Assembly: GCF_037042905.1 (NCBI RefSeq)
Contig: NC_087250.1
Span: forward strand, 19,532,001-19,596,000
Length of the DNA: 64,000 nt
Reading direction: 5' to 3'
Origin: Lytechinus pictus
Lineage: Eukaryota
In this document: positions 1 through 13,300 of the stretch, in pieces
How the letters are laid out: each line of letters begins with the position of its first letter
Position numbering within the stretch: the first letter of the stretch is position 1
Notes under the pieces: model-generated
Told to the model about the DNA's origin: nothing
Database searches by the model: none
The model's input: the letters and a program-made list of their open reading frames with translations, nothing else
Translations under genes and position numbers: made by a program

Positions 1-739
1 CCTTTAAAAAGAACTCGAATTTGTTGTGTACATTCTCTCTCTTTTGTGTGTTTTATCTTTGTGAAAATGATATACAGAAGTATAGGAAGCGAGAAAGAGA
101 TACAAGAGAGGGAGGGAGAGAGGGGGGGGGGGTGCAATGAGCAGTACCGAGAGTTCTGGGGAGGGGATGACGCAAATGCCGAGACAATCGGTGATTGAGA
201 TAAAGATCGAGCGGGGGGGGGGGGGGGGAGTTAGCACGGGCCAAGGTTATTGATTGTGAAAGAGCCGATATGACAGAGTCCATATTAAACAGGACACGTA
301 CGTACGATTAATTTTTCATATTGATTAACTTTTTTACTCCCATTCGATCATTATAGAACGCAAACATTCTTATTTCTGTCGGATTTCTTTTATTTAAAAC
401 ATCGTTTTACAATGTAGGACTGATGAATGAAATGCAAGACTACATAATGCCCATAAATATCCGAGCTATATTCGGCCCCCTTCCGCAAGGTTTTAGAAGG
501 GGAAAATATAATGAAGAAATATCCATATCCTTCTATATAATATGCATGGCTTTTTATAAACGGGATTGAATAATGACGAAAAATTGAGAAAGAGAGAAAA
601 GAACAAGGGGCAAGGGAATCAAAGAGAGATTGGGGGAGGATTATACATGTATTTTTTTGTAATACCCGCAATGCGAATGGAACGATCCATGGGGAGGGCG
701 TCCAAAGATTAAACAAAGACCTTTTTGGGGTCTGAAAAA

Positions 740-827
740 GCAAGACCATTTTCTCGCATTCGTCTCCTTCCGGTGCGTATCACGCAATTTTTTTTAGGGC
801 ACTTTCATCAAAATTTCCACGATTTGG
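740..827 (+). promoter_or_regulatory. Putative promoter and non-coding first exon of the zinc-finger gene
   Basis: CpG-richer segment, ETS-like CTTCCGGT near 766-773, strong donor GG|GTGAGT at 827/828. The next clear acceptor is TTCAG| at 4255/4256. Confidence 0.5.
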
Positions 828-2404
828 GTGAGTATTTTCAATTATTTTTCGGTACATCGTTTCAAGAATGTTTTAGTGATTGCTTAGTTGAATTGATGGT
901 GTTGTTTTTAGCCGTGATAAGTGTGTAATTTTGTGTTATACTTTTTTTGCGAGGCTTTATGACGCCCCGCGGCCCCCGCACGTTTATATTGATAACATAT
1001 TGCATGCATGCTGTATCTTAGACCTTCGTACACGTACACGAACGTGCATAGGGCACCGCGTGTATTGCAATTGCATGCATTCAATTCATACATAAAATTT
1101 AGGGCACTCGGCAATGGTATAAAGGCAAGGGGCTTGTGTGTGTCGTGTGTGTGCGTGTGTTATCGAATATATCCCAATGCTATGTAATAATACAGCGTCG
1201 TGTGCTAGTGTTTTGACATTGCGTGTGTGTGTGGGTTTTTTTCCTGGTTGACCCGATTAAAATATGTTGTTTTATACATTACCACAAGTATTTTGATGTG
1301 ACATTTTGCACATGGAGTGGTATGTGTATAAAATAACTTCCAGAATTGACATATTTGGTTGATTTTCTAGAACAAGGTCTGACTGAATTCTGTTTTCCAA
1401 AGACTAACTTTTAGTAACCCTGCATGGGGCCATCTTTCGCTTTTTAATTTGGGGCCAACCATGGCAAGGCATGAATCAATTTAGCTGCTGCAGTGCTGAT
1501 ATTGTAGAGGACCCCCCCCCCCCTTCTTGTCATTTCAATCAGTGAAACGAGGGAGTTCACCATCAGAAAATTGAAATTGATTCCTGGGTTTTGTGGGACT
1601 TGTTTTGACTTGTGTAATTTTAGCTTGTTTGACATTGGGGCCAGCATGGGCAGGGTAACTTGATCAGGGGGGGGGGGATGACATGCCTAATTTATTACCC
1701 TTTGCTTTGGCTTTGTGGGGTTAGCAGGGGTGGATCTTTGCAGGAATAATTTGACAAGCAAAAAAAAAAGTAGACTATATATGAATTATGATAAGTACTA
1801 CAAAATGGAAGTGACTTAATTTGTTCCAATTTAAAAAGCGTAAAAATAACCCCCCAATAAAAGTCCTCAATTCTAAATGGCAAATTTCCATTAAAAAAAA
1901 TATATTTTATGGCTCTCGAAGGGGGGGTCCATGGGACGGACACCCCCCCCCCCCCACCTGATCGCCAGTGGGTACTGTTTATATTTTTTTAAAATCTCAT
2001 CCATATTTTATTGTTCAAAATACATGTAGACATCAGAATTGGAATACTCCGAAAATTTGTTTTGCCCAATTGATTGTGGGCCCGGCAGGCACTGTGCAGC
2101 CAGATCAAAAAGGCTCTATCCCTTTTTCATTATGCAATCCCCCACCCCCCCCCCCCCGAGATCTCGGCCATGGGTCGCCTGATTGCCTCCAAATTTGCAA
2201 GGGTCAAGAATTATGTAATCTACAAAGTTTTATAGCTTAATTTACACAAATCTATTGTTATTAATTTATGCTAAATTTATGCAAAAATCAAAGATTTTTG
2301 TATTTTTCACTAAATGTCTTTCATAACGCCCTTATCAAATCCTGAAAGAAAAAAGATATAATAGGCATATAATGCCCCCCCCTCCCGGAGTATAAGGGTT
2401 AAGG

Positions 2405-3043
2405 TTAAAGGACAAGTCCAACTCAACCATTAGTTGATTTGAATAAAAAGAGAAAAATCCAACAAGCATACATGTAACACTGAAAATTTCATCAAAATCG
2501 GATGTACATTGTAAAATAAGAAAGTTATTGCATTTTAAAGTTTCGCTTAATTTTTATATGCACATCCTGGTCGGTATGCAAATGAGAAGACTGATGACGT
2601 CATCCACTCACTTTTTCTTTTGTATTTCATTATATGAAATATGTACCGGTATGAAATATTCTAATTTTCTCCTCATTGTCAAGTGAAACAAAGATTTCCT
2701 CCCTGAACACGTGGAATTAGCATTGTTTTAATACTATAATATGGTTCAGTAACTTCAGTCAAGTTGGTCCTTATTGTCAAATCTGTAAAAAATGTAATAT
2801 TGTATAATTCAAACAATAAAAAAAAAAGGAATAGTGAGTGATGGACATCATCGACCGTCTCTTGTCAATGAGATGTGCATATAACTGTTTTGTGAAAAAT
2901 AAGCGAAACTAGTTTAAAATGTCATAACTTTCTTAATTTACATCTGATTTTGATGAAATTTTTAGCGTTTTGCTAGTTTGATTTTTCTCTATGCATTCAA
3001 ATCATCATTTTTCTGGGGTGGACTTGACGGTCTTGACCTTTAA
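2405..3043. mobile_element. TTAA-flanked MITE (Kolobok/piggyBac-type), family A
   Basis: TTAAAGGACAAGTCCA...GGACTTG..ACCTTTAA; homologous copy at 39272-39878. Confidence 0.8.
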
Positions 3044-3234
3044 CTTTTATTGAAAAATTCCTCTCTTTTTTGTTTACTTTTTCCCTTTTTGCCATTATGA
3101 TTTATTACTAACAATTATCGTAATATGTTCTTTTATCCAAGAGCTTACAATATAAAGGGGATGTCACATACATGTAAAAAAATAAATAATGTAGAAAATT
3201 AATAGGTTTTAATTGCCTTTTTTTTAATATTTAG

Positions 3235-3550
3235 CACTAGCGTACCTACGGGGGGGGGGGGCAGAGGGGGCAGTCTGCCCCCCCTGACAAGCCACAACCC
3301 ATGCAAAGGACGTATCCCTGCCCCCCCTGACGAGCTTGAAGCTCTTTTTTTTTTTTTTGTCAATTTTTTTTTGGTATGAAATCCTTCATTTGAGATTGAA
3401 GACCTTTTTTTTTTTTTTTTTGCTGCTTGTCAAATTTATTCTGGTACGAAATCCTTCATCTGTGATTGAAGACCTTTTTTTTTTTTTGCTTGTCAAATTT
3501 TTTGGCAGACGGTTTTGCCCCCCCTGTGGAAAATCCTAGGTACGCCACTG
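3235..3550. mobile_element. hAT-like MITE
   Basis: CACTAGCGTACCTA...TAGGTACGCCACTG TIR; 8-bp TSD ATATTTAG/ATACTTAG. Confidence 0.75.
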
Positions 3551-4283
3551 ATACTTAGGCCTGTATACAGAAATCGAAAGAACATGAATGAGTAAGTTGC
3601 CAATTCGTCTCCTGCCAACTCGTCGACTCACCAAATGGTCTAATTTCACTTAGTCTTAATGCCATTCCATCCATCAACATTTGGTTTAACAGCAATTTGG
3701 TCCATTAACCATTTAGTACAATGGTCACTTCGTCTAATCACCATTTTGTCTATCACCATTTCGTCTTGTAACCGGTTCATTTTCATTCATTTTTCACAAT
3801 TGTACACTTAGTCCAATTAGACCAAATGGTATATGGATTTAATGGTTATTGGACCAACTGGAGCCTATTGCATAAAACTTTTTACCTGAGAAAACTCAGG
3901 TATTTTTTACTTGAGTTTTTGCCATGTGTTAAAGTCAATGGCAGAAATCAGACTAACCTTAGTTTTCAGTTTCTACCGGAGTTTTCTCGGGTAAAAAGTT
4001 TTATGCAACAGGCTGCTGGTTATAAGACGGAATGGCAGACTAAATGAAAGTAGACCATGTGTTGAGTGGACAAACTGGTGGTAGACCGATACTTAGACAA
4101 GTTTGCAATTGGATGAATTGGAAATAAACCCACCAATGGATGATGCTGGGCAAATTCCAGATACTGGTAAAACCAGTAATTTCAGATACAGTAAAACTTA
4201 TTTATTTTGACTTTTCATTGTTGACCTATCCTCTATTCCTTTTCATTCTATTCAGATGATGAAGGGTCAATGACCTACGAGCG

Positions 4284-4371
4284 ATGACAACATTGATTAC
4301 AGCTGAAAAGCTAGAATCAAAGCCAAGTGATGAAACTATTTTTTTAACCCAACCGGAAATTCAAACCAAAG
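4284..4371 (+). CDS. ZF gene coding exon 1 (MTTLITAEKLESKPSDETIFLTQPEIQTK)
   Basis: Acceptor at 4255, donor G|GTTAGT, phase 1 joins in frame to exon 5064. Confidence 0.65.
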
Positions 4372-7300
4372 GTTAGTGTGCCTTGATAATAAGCCATTTT
4401 ACAGGGGAAGTTTATTGTAAAAATAACATTAAAAATGAAATGGGTGAAGGTTTGAGGAAAATCCATTAAAGTTAAAAAAAAAGTAATTCAATTTTTTTTT
4501 GTGATGTCATATGCCAGTAGCTTTCCTTGTATTGTGAAGGAAAAGCAAAATTAATGAAATGTCATTTTCTCAAATAATTGAGAATGGTTCTTATTGACTT
4601 ACCAAGTACATCAACAGACAAATCATTTCACATCAGCTCCTGAAATAAAAACAAAATGTCATCGTGAACCATTAAAAGTTGGGAAATTCACACATTTTAT
4701 ATTGCGTAACATATGTGGCAGCTGCTGGTATATGACGTCACAAATGAAAATAAAAATAAAATTTGAATAACTTTCTTAATCTGATGGATTTTCCTCAAAC
4801 CTTCACCAAGGTCTTCCATCCTTAAAATAAGATTTTTAGATTTTATTCACTCTCGACCCCCTCTCGGGGATATGAGAGTACAACATATAAACAACATAAA
4901 ACAAACTATAGTAATGTGAAGAGATAAAGTGCTTTCCATCTTTAAAAAAAATGTGTATTGTTTTCTTAGATTGTAAAAAAGTCTTCAAAGTACTGATAAT
5001 AAAACGATTGCGTGCCATTTAATATCTTGTCACCATTCATATAATTTTTCTCCACCTCCCCAGAAGCTGAGCCCACTGTTCAACAGAATCCTAGCCCAAA
5101 TAAAGAGGAGATTTCGAAAGACAATTTCCCTCTACTGTCCTCAATAAAGGTTAAGTGTGGTGGCTGTGGAAAGGAGGCAGTGGTCCATGAGGACGACACG
5201 CCTTCGTATTTGACCGAATCCTACATCTGCGATATCTGCAAATCAAGAGCCCAGAAGAAGCTGCGCCTCCACCAACTCCTCAACGGCAAGGCGCCCTCTG
5301 AGGAACTAAAGCGGGTGGAACCGAAGCTGAAGCACCCGTGCCCGGACTGCGGTAAGGATTTCATCTCGCAGACCGATCTTAAAAGACACGCGAACATCCA
5401 TAGGGGATTGAAGCCGTTTTCTTGCGATACCTGCGGGAAGTCCTTCACGCAGACCTGTAGTCTGAAGCGCCACCTGTTGACGCACACCGACGTTAAACCA
5501 CACCATTGCGAGGTTTGTGGACTGAACTTCAAGGGCCATCTTGCCCGTCATATGAGAACCCATACGGGGGAGAAGCCATTCAAGTGCAAGATCTGCCGGA
5601 AAGGTTTTTACAAGAGTGAGCTTCTGAAGAAGCATCTGACGGAGCATATGAGAGACGGGAGTGTCACCTGTTCTAAAACACAGCTAGGTATTAGAGCTAG
5701 GGCTCATTGTTAGAGACTGTGCCTGCTTACATACATATCAGGGGCTGTTTCACAAAGAGTTAGATATGATTTAGAGTCGCACTTGAGTGCCGATGCGCAT
5801 TTATATGTGACACGCAATCTTATTGATTAATACGCATTAGTGCGCGTCCTCTTCGCATGATCTTACCAATGCCTTTTATAATGCATGCAACTAGGCATTT
5901 AAGTGCGACTCTAAGTCATACTCAACCCTATCTAGGCCGGGGGGGGGGGGGGCTTGGAGGCCCCCCCTCAACGATTCGCGCAATATCTTCGCCGTGCAAA
6001 ATTTTTTGACCACGCCGCTCAGTGACTTTTTACTTTCAAGTCTTGCGCAACTTTTGAGACCAATTTTACGTCACCCGGGTACGTGGTTCCAAAATTACGC
6101 AACATTATGTAAGTGCATGTCGGACCAAAAATTGCACAAAATGTAATTTTCAACTCAGTCTCAATTTGTTTAAATGTGAATAAGAAATTGTTAAACTTTA
6201 AATCTCAACACACACAAAATCTCACGGAGTTACCTCAAAATTTTCTCCTGCTGAGTGCAGCCTTTCTCAGCGATATGACCTGATTTGACGGAGGGTGATA
6301 CAAGCTTCCGAATGTCTATGACTCGATCATTGATCATTATGTTACCAAGGTCAAATCCGGTCACATCGCTGAGGGAGGCTCCTGTCAGAAGCTGAAAATT
6401 CTGAGATACAGTAACTCATGATTTTTGTGTGTTTTTAGATCAAAATTTTAACATTTTGTTATTTACCACCAATACAGATGAACTTATATGATTGTTTTGT
6501 TGTTCTTGTGTTTCCAGATGATATCGTTCAGAAGAACTTCAGCCATCAGCGAACCTGCTTGATCTGTGACAAGACTTACACCAGCCCCGGACACCTTGCC
6601 AGACACATGAAGCAACAACACAACAGTCAGAATGTCCTCAGGTGTGGTGTATGCACCGAGGTGTTCAGCGCCAAGGAAGCGCTGCAGGAACACCTTCAGG
6701 GCCACAGCAAGGAAGACCTGGCAGCAATCATCGCTGCCACATGTAAGATCATACACTTTGGGTGGTTTTATATTTGTGGTGTTATGTTTGTTTGGAGTAT
6801 TGCTGTAGTCAACGGGAATGGGGATAGATCCTGGGTTTTATTGAAATTATTTACTGGCAGATTTCCTTTTTATTGCAATAACTTGAGTACCATGAACCAT
6901 AGCAGATCTATTCAGGGAAGTTTCAATTTTAAATAATTAAGTGTTGTCATATTTTGCAGCCCTATTTATAACATCAATGGATTTTCTTGTTTGGTCACAT
7001 ATTGTTAAGATGAAAAGCAAGAGTTAACATACCATGGTACCCTTATGTCCAACTAAAAAAAAAAATAGTTACTTCATATAAAATGATTTGTAACTGATGG
7101 ATATTGTCTGGGGTAAAGCCTATATTAAGCTTTGGTTAGGAGTGACATGGCATTAAAGGCACATATGCTCAAGGGTTAAGTCTGAATTATATTTTATTCT
7201 GATATGTGCAATTCACTTTTTACTTTCTCTCTGTATTTTCAGTTGCCAACGCTACTGCATTGACCAACGGGATGCCTTCTGCTCCTGCTGATGAAGACGA

Positions 7301-10300
7301 GGCTGTTCCGGACGATGAAGAACCTCCGATAAAGGAGGAACCTTCCCCTGCAGCAAACACCCCAGATAATATGCTATCACAGGTAAGAGTAATTTTTCTT
7401 CTAACGGTGTTGATGATGATGATTATGAGGATGATGATGATGGTGATGATGATGAAGATGGTGGTGATGGCTATGATGATGATGATGATGATGATGAAGA
7501 TGATGATGGTGATAATGATAATGAAGATGAGGATTATAATGATGATGATGATGATGATGAAGAAGATGATGGTGATGATGAGGGTGATAGTGGTGATGAT
7601 GATGGTGATGGTAGTAATGATGATCACGATAATTGATGGCATTGAAAATGATGACTCTTCTTACTACATCTCACTTCACATATGTAGACAGAGGCTGCCA
7701 CTGTATCTTTGCTGTAGTGTTAATACCTCAGTCACATTTCGTCTACGGTGGCTGTATGGCAAGTTGAAACAGCCGTTATAACATTTTTTTATACCAGCCA
7801 CATATAGGCGGTTTGAATGAAAATGAATAAAATGGCTGTTTTCGACTTGCCGTACGGCCGCCGTTGGGGAAATGTGACTGAGGTATCAGCTATCTATTAT
7901 AAGCGATGGGTCTGATGCGGCGAAAGTGTAAAATATTTGTCTAGAGCACTCCTCGCATTTCCCCCTTCCTCTTTACTTGAGTCATTGTTTTCCTATCAAT
8001 AGATATCCATTGGTAGTTTGTACGAATAATCTGCAACAGAACAATCAGTTTAAAGAAAACAACAAGTAAACGACTGATTGAAGTCTCATTGTACAAGACA
8101 TATAACTCCTGTTTAGCATAACAGCAAAGTTATCACACCTCTGCCCAGATTACAGGCTAAACTTCACAATGAATTATTCTTATCATTTGCCATTACAGAG
8201 TTCAGTCCCAGAAGAACATGCTTGCCTTTAAGAACGTGTGTCCTTTGGGATCTGTTGCCATACATCTCACTTTACATGGAGAAAATAATCTTATCTGACT
8301 TTACAGAGTGCAGTCTCAGAAGAACATGCTTGCCTTGAAGATTTTGGTGACCTTTACGGATCTGTGGCCATGCCTGTTGCTGTACTAATTAAAACTCCAC
8401 ATGCAGGAAATAATCTTATCCTTGTCTGTCATTGCAGAGTGCAGTCCCAGAGGAACATGCTTGCCTTGATGATTGGGTGACCTGTGGGATCTGTGGCCAT
8501 GCCTGTTGCTGTACTAATTAAATCCCACATGGAGAAAATAATCTTATCCTTGTCTGTCATTGCAGAGTGCAGTCCCAGAGGAACATGCTTGCCTTGATGA
8601 TCGGGTGACCTGTGGGATCTGTGGCCATGCCTGTTGCTGTACTAATTAAAACTCCACATGCAGGAAATAATGTTATCCTTGTCTGTCATTGCAGAGTGCA
8701 GTCCCAGAGGAACATGCTTGCCTTGATGATCGGGTGACCTGTGGGATCTGTGGCCATGCCTGTTGCTGTACTAATTAAATCCCACATGGAGAAAATAATC
8801 TTATCCTTGTCTGTCATTGCAGAGTGCAGTCCCAGAGGAACATGCTTGCCTTGATGATCGGGTGACCTGTGGGATCTGTGGCCATGCCTGTTGCTGTACT
8901 AATTAAATCCCACATGGAGAAATTAATCTTATCCTTGTCTGTCATTGCAGAGTGCAGTCCCAGAGGAACATGCTTGCTTTGAAGATTTTGGTGACCTTTA
9001 CGGATCTGTGGCCATGCCTGTTGCTGTACTAATTAAATCCCACATGGAGAAATTAATCTTATCCTTGTCTGTCATTGCAGAGTGCAGTCCCAGAGGAACA
9101 TGCTTGCTTTGATGATCGGGTGACCTGTGGGATCTGTGGCCATGCCTGTTGCTGTACTAATTAAATCCCACATGGAGAAATTAATCTTATCCTTGTCTGT
9201 CATTGCAGAGTGCAGTCCCAGAGGAACATGCTTGCTTTGAAGATTTTGGTGACCTTTACGGATCTGTGGCCATGCCTGTTGCTGTACTAATTAAATCCCA
9301 CATGGAGAAATTAATCTTATCCTTGTCTGTCATTGCAGAGTGCAGTCCCAGAGGAACATGCTTGCCTTGATGATCGGGTGACCTGTGGGATCTGTGGCCA
9401 TGCCTGTTGCTGTACTAATTACATCCCACTTCACATGGTGAATCATGAAGAGACTATGATCCAATGCCGGTCATGTGGAATGGACTTTGCCCCAGCAGGC
9501 GTAAACAGAACATCTCAGGTGATGATAATTATAAACATCTTTTGGGCACTTGTATGGTGACACAACATTTGCTCCTGTGATAATTGCTATTGACCTAATT
9601 TTGTCTAAGATATAGGTTTAGGGTTGCAACAGGGTTTTATGTTAGGTTTTGGGTAAGGTTTAAGGTAGGGTTTAGTGTTTTAAGTCAGTTATTTGATTAG
9701 CATATAGAATTTATAGCCTAGTAATTGCCACTGGAGAAAACATCATGGAATCATTGGTGTAGCATAATCTATCTGGATACAATCTATTCCAAGGCAAACC
9801 ATTATGATTACACCAGCCTTCTAGTGCTTAGTGCTCTCAGGGAACTAATCCTGATAGGTACCCATTCGCCTTACCTGGTTAAAGTGCAGCACAATGTGGA
9901 TAAATTTCTGTACAGGGGCCTGTAACACAAAACTTAGCAATGATCGTAGAACATTTTTCTACGATTGCTTCCATTGACTACAATGTACAATCAATCGTGA
10001 AAATCAAGCGTACGATCAATTGCTAACCTTTGTGTTACGGGACCCTGGTCCCATTACACAAACTTTTAGAATCGATTGCTAAATTCAAACAACAACATTC
10101 ATTGGTTGATGATGTTTATGTTGTGCATTTTGATTGGCTAAAGCTATGTAGCAATTGATTCCAAACTCTTTCTGTCACAGGATACATGTCAGTTTCACTC
10201 TATCCAAGCTCTTAAATAGATCGTTAACAGGTGTTTGCGCAACATTTGAGCCTGTTCAGTGACTCCTTCCAAAATGCAGTCAATGGTTTTATGAATATCC

Positions 10301-13300
10301 ATCATTGTCTTGATGGTCAAATTTCATTCATGGCTCTACTCTGTTCATTATCCCCAGATCTGCAATGTGTGTAAACCGGAGCAGGCAGAAAGCGGTGCAG
10401 GAGCAGAACCCCAGAAGGAGGAAGCAGATGAAACAGACGTGCAAGACAATCTCCAGGACGATCTTCATGAATACGACGAGCTTGATAACGACGGCTCGGG
10501 AAAGAGATACCAATGTCTTCAGTGTGACAAGTCGTACAAGTTCCTGAAACACCTCAAAGAGCACGCCCGTGTCCACGCCGGTGGGTACCGACCGTACAAA
10601 TGCAATACCTGCGGCAAGTTCTTCTCTAAGAGATACCATCTGAATCGGCATCGACTGATCCACGCAAGAGTCGAAAGACAGCAGCAGGAGAACCAATCCG
10701 GCTCGCTCGGTGGAGTCGGTGCACCAAACCGGGGGAGAACCGGCAGGCCACCACTGAATACAGGGATGAGGGGTAGAATTGGGCGGCCACCAATGCATTC
10801 CACAGTGAAGGGGAGGATTGGGAGACCACCGTCGGATACCACAGTGAGGGGAAGAATTGGAAGGCCTCCTCTCTATTCAGGGATGAAGGGTAGAATTGGC
10901 AGACCTCCGCTGCATAGGGTGACTGAGGAGAGGGTTGATAGGCCGCCAGTGGAGACCACAGTGAAGGGGAGAATCGGCAGGCCTCCACTGCATAGTGTAA
11001 TTGAAGGGATTATCGACCGGCAGCCTTCGGAGACCCTGGAAAAGGCAACAGGTGGCAGGCTTCCAATGCATATCGTGGCGATCAAGCGGAAAGTCGGTAG
11101 CCCTCCGCTTTCGGAGAGCCTCCCAGAGCCGATCTTGGTCCAGCCAGCCGTTCCGGTCCAGGAGAACATGTATGCGATACCGAGACCACTGTCCAGGCAC
11201 ATGCCATTTGTGTGCTGCGCTTGTGGGAGAGGGTTTCCAAAGAGGGTTCCTTTGAAGCGTCATCTGTTGAATCACCTTCGGGAAGGTACCATCCCAAAGG
11301 ATCATCCGCAGCTCGGTAAGTTTGACTAAGTAATACACCACGGAATAATTTTCCTGGTATCGCATCGCAATATGCTCCACATTTTTTAAAGACTGGTACG
11401 CATTAAGTCTTTTGTATAGCATATTTTTACATAGGACTGTACATTACTTAGTTGAGGGCTTTTCTCTTATGACCAAAAATGCTATTCAAATTTGGAAGCA
11501 AAATTATTTCCTGCACCAATTTTGGCAATGGAGGGAGCCGATATTCAAACAAGAATTGTTAAAAGGAAGTCCTGGATATAAATCCTCATATCACATTCTG
11601 ATACCTATATTGAGATTTATCACTGGTGATTTTTCTCTGTTTACATCATAGAATCAGCCAATCAAAATGAATGATTTCAGGTGCTGTAAACTGTTATTGC
11701 AGATGTTATTCAATGGTATTCAGAATATAGTATTATTGATATCATTGTTTTCTTGTCTTTCTCAGATGAAATGAAGGTCAATTCCTACGTGAACGCAAAC
11801 GTAGGCGTTTCGCCGCAACTCCAGTCGTGTCCCGTATGTGGCAAGGTGTGTAAAGGGCTCCACCTCCAGCGCCACATGAAGATCCATTCAGATGACGAAA
11901 TCAAAAGGGCTAGAGACAGTAACCCAGGTGCGTCTCCGCAGCTCCAGAAGCAGCAGAGCAGTCCACAGCAGAGGGTGCCTATTGCAAATACTCATGCCGG
12001 AATTGTCTACATGAAAGGTAAAATAGAAACTACAGGGGTTCTATGATATTTGCTCCGGGGACAATTGCCCGAAATTTCACAAACAAACTGACTATATAAA
12101 TTCAACCCTGAATTTAGCATATCGCCATACCCTAAACCTAATCCGAAACCTAACAAAAAACACTACTGTATTGCATCCCTAACTCTAACCCTACATTTTA
12201 GACGAAATAAAGCCTTGAGCAATTGTCGTTGGAGCATATGTCCAGTGCCCCATACCATAGAGCTTAGCGGTAGATTGTGGGGCCTATCTTGACAATTGAA
12301 TGCATTGACTGTTGTGTGTGATCCATCGTCATAATCGGCCCATGATCGATTGCAAAGCTTTATGTTACATGGTCTTGGTTGTTCATACAATAACAGCTAA
12401 AATCAGTTTTACCCGAGAAGCAATCAATAGTAAGTTTGATCAAAATCAATTTGATGGATTCACAATACAGTGGGCCACCTATTGTTTGCAGCGGACAGGC
12501 CAATATTTGCATTGCCTTTTGGGAAAAAGTTGACATCTGTTTTGCGCTCTTGTGCATGCATGCGGTATGCTGCACTGGCCGACCCGATTTGGCCGGCTTG
12601 CATAAAAATTATGCTCTTTACCTGGGTCCAGGAGGTGGGAGAGAAATTTGCTGCATATTTATTGGCGAAATCTAGACCATTTTCGTTGAGCTCTTCCTCC
12701 GCTTTTGCCATATGGTTTACATTTATGAAGCATCACAGTCACATTACAGCACACAAGCATTGTGCGCTTGGGTTGCGGATGGAGGACGCACTGAATCAGG
12801 CAAGGAGGAGGGAGTGGACATGGGCAGTTGCTGTGAGTGTGAGGTGAATCTGGCCACCCCAGTTCACCGGGACAAACCGGAATTAAAACTTTGAATTGAT
12901 GATGATGTCATTATGAATATTGCCTAACTGGATATTAGACAAAGTGACCCGTATTCTGAAGTCAGGACCATGGTCTAAATCTGTGCTGAAATTATGGGAA
13001 ACCAAACATGTCAGAATCATGTTTACCTTGTATGCTACTCATGTTTACTTTGCTCTTCTAATACTTTTACTGGTGAAGACAACTGTCTTCTTTATCCTTC
13101 CCAGTATAGTTCAGAATGATTTGAGAGTCAAATGAGCTGATACATTTGACCTCTACTGCTTACAGATTTGTGTCACAGCTGGCTTTTCATAGTTTAAACA
13201 CAGTGGCTCGTATTCTGAACTCGGGTTTAAATTACCCTGGTTTAAAGTGCTGGTTTGAATATGGAGAGCCAATTGGGACACAAATCCCTAACAGTACACA

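Noticed and set aside
7383..7781. Poly-Met / poly-Ile ORFs
   Set aside because: Translation of an intronic (ATG)n microsatellite beyond the 7382 donor.
8165..9440. CRISPR-like array
   Set aside because: The units are contiguous near-identical copies with no unique spacers and no cas genes. They derive from a eukaryotic intron/exon junction.
10328..11422. Multiple antisense and alternative-frame ORFs over ZF exons
   Set aside because: Shadow ORFs of GC-richer coding sequence with no motifs or splice support.
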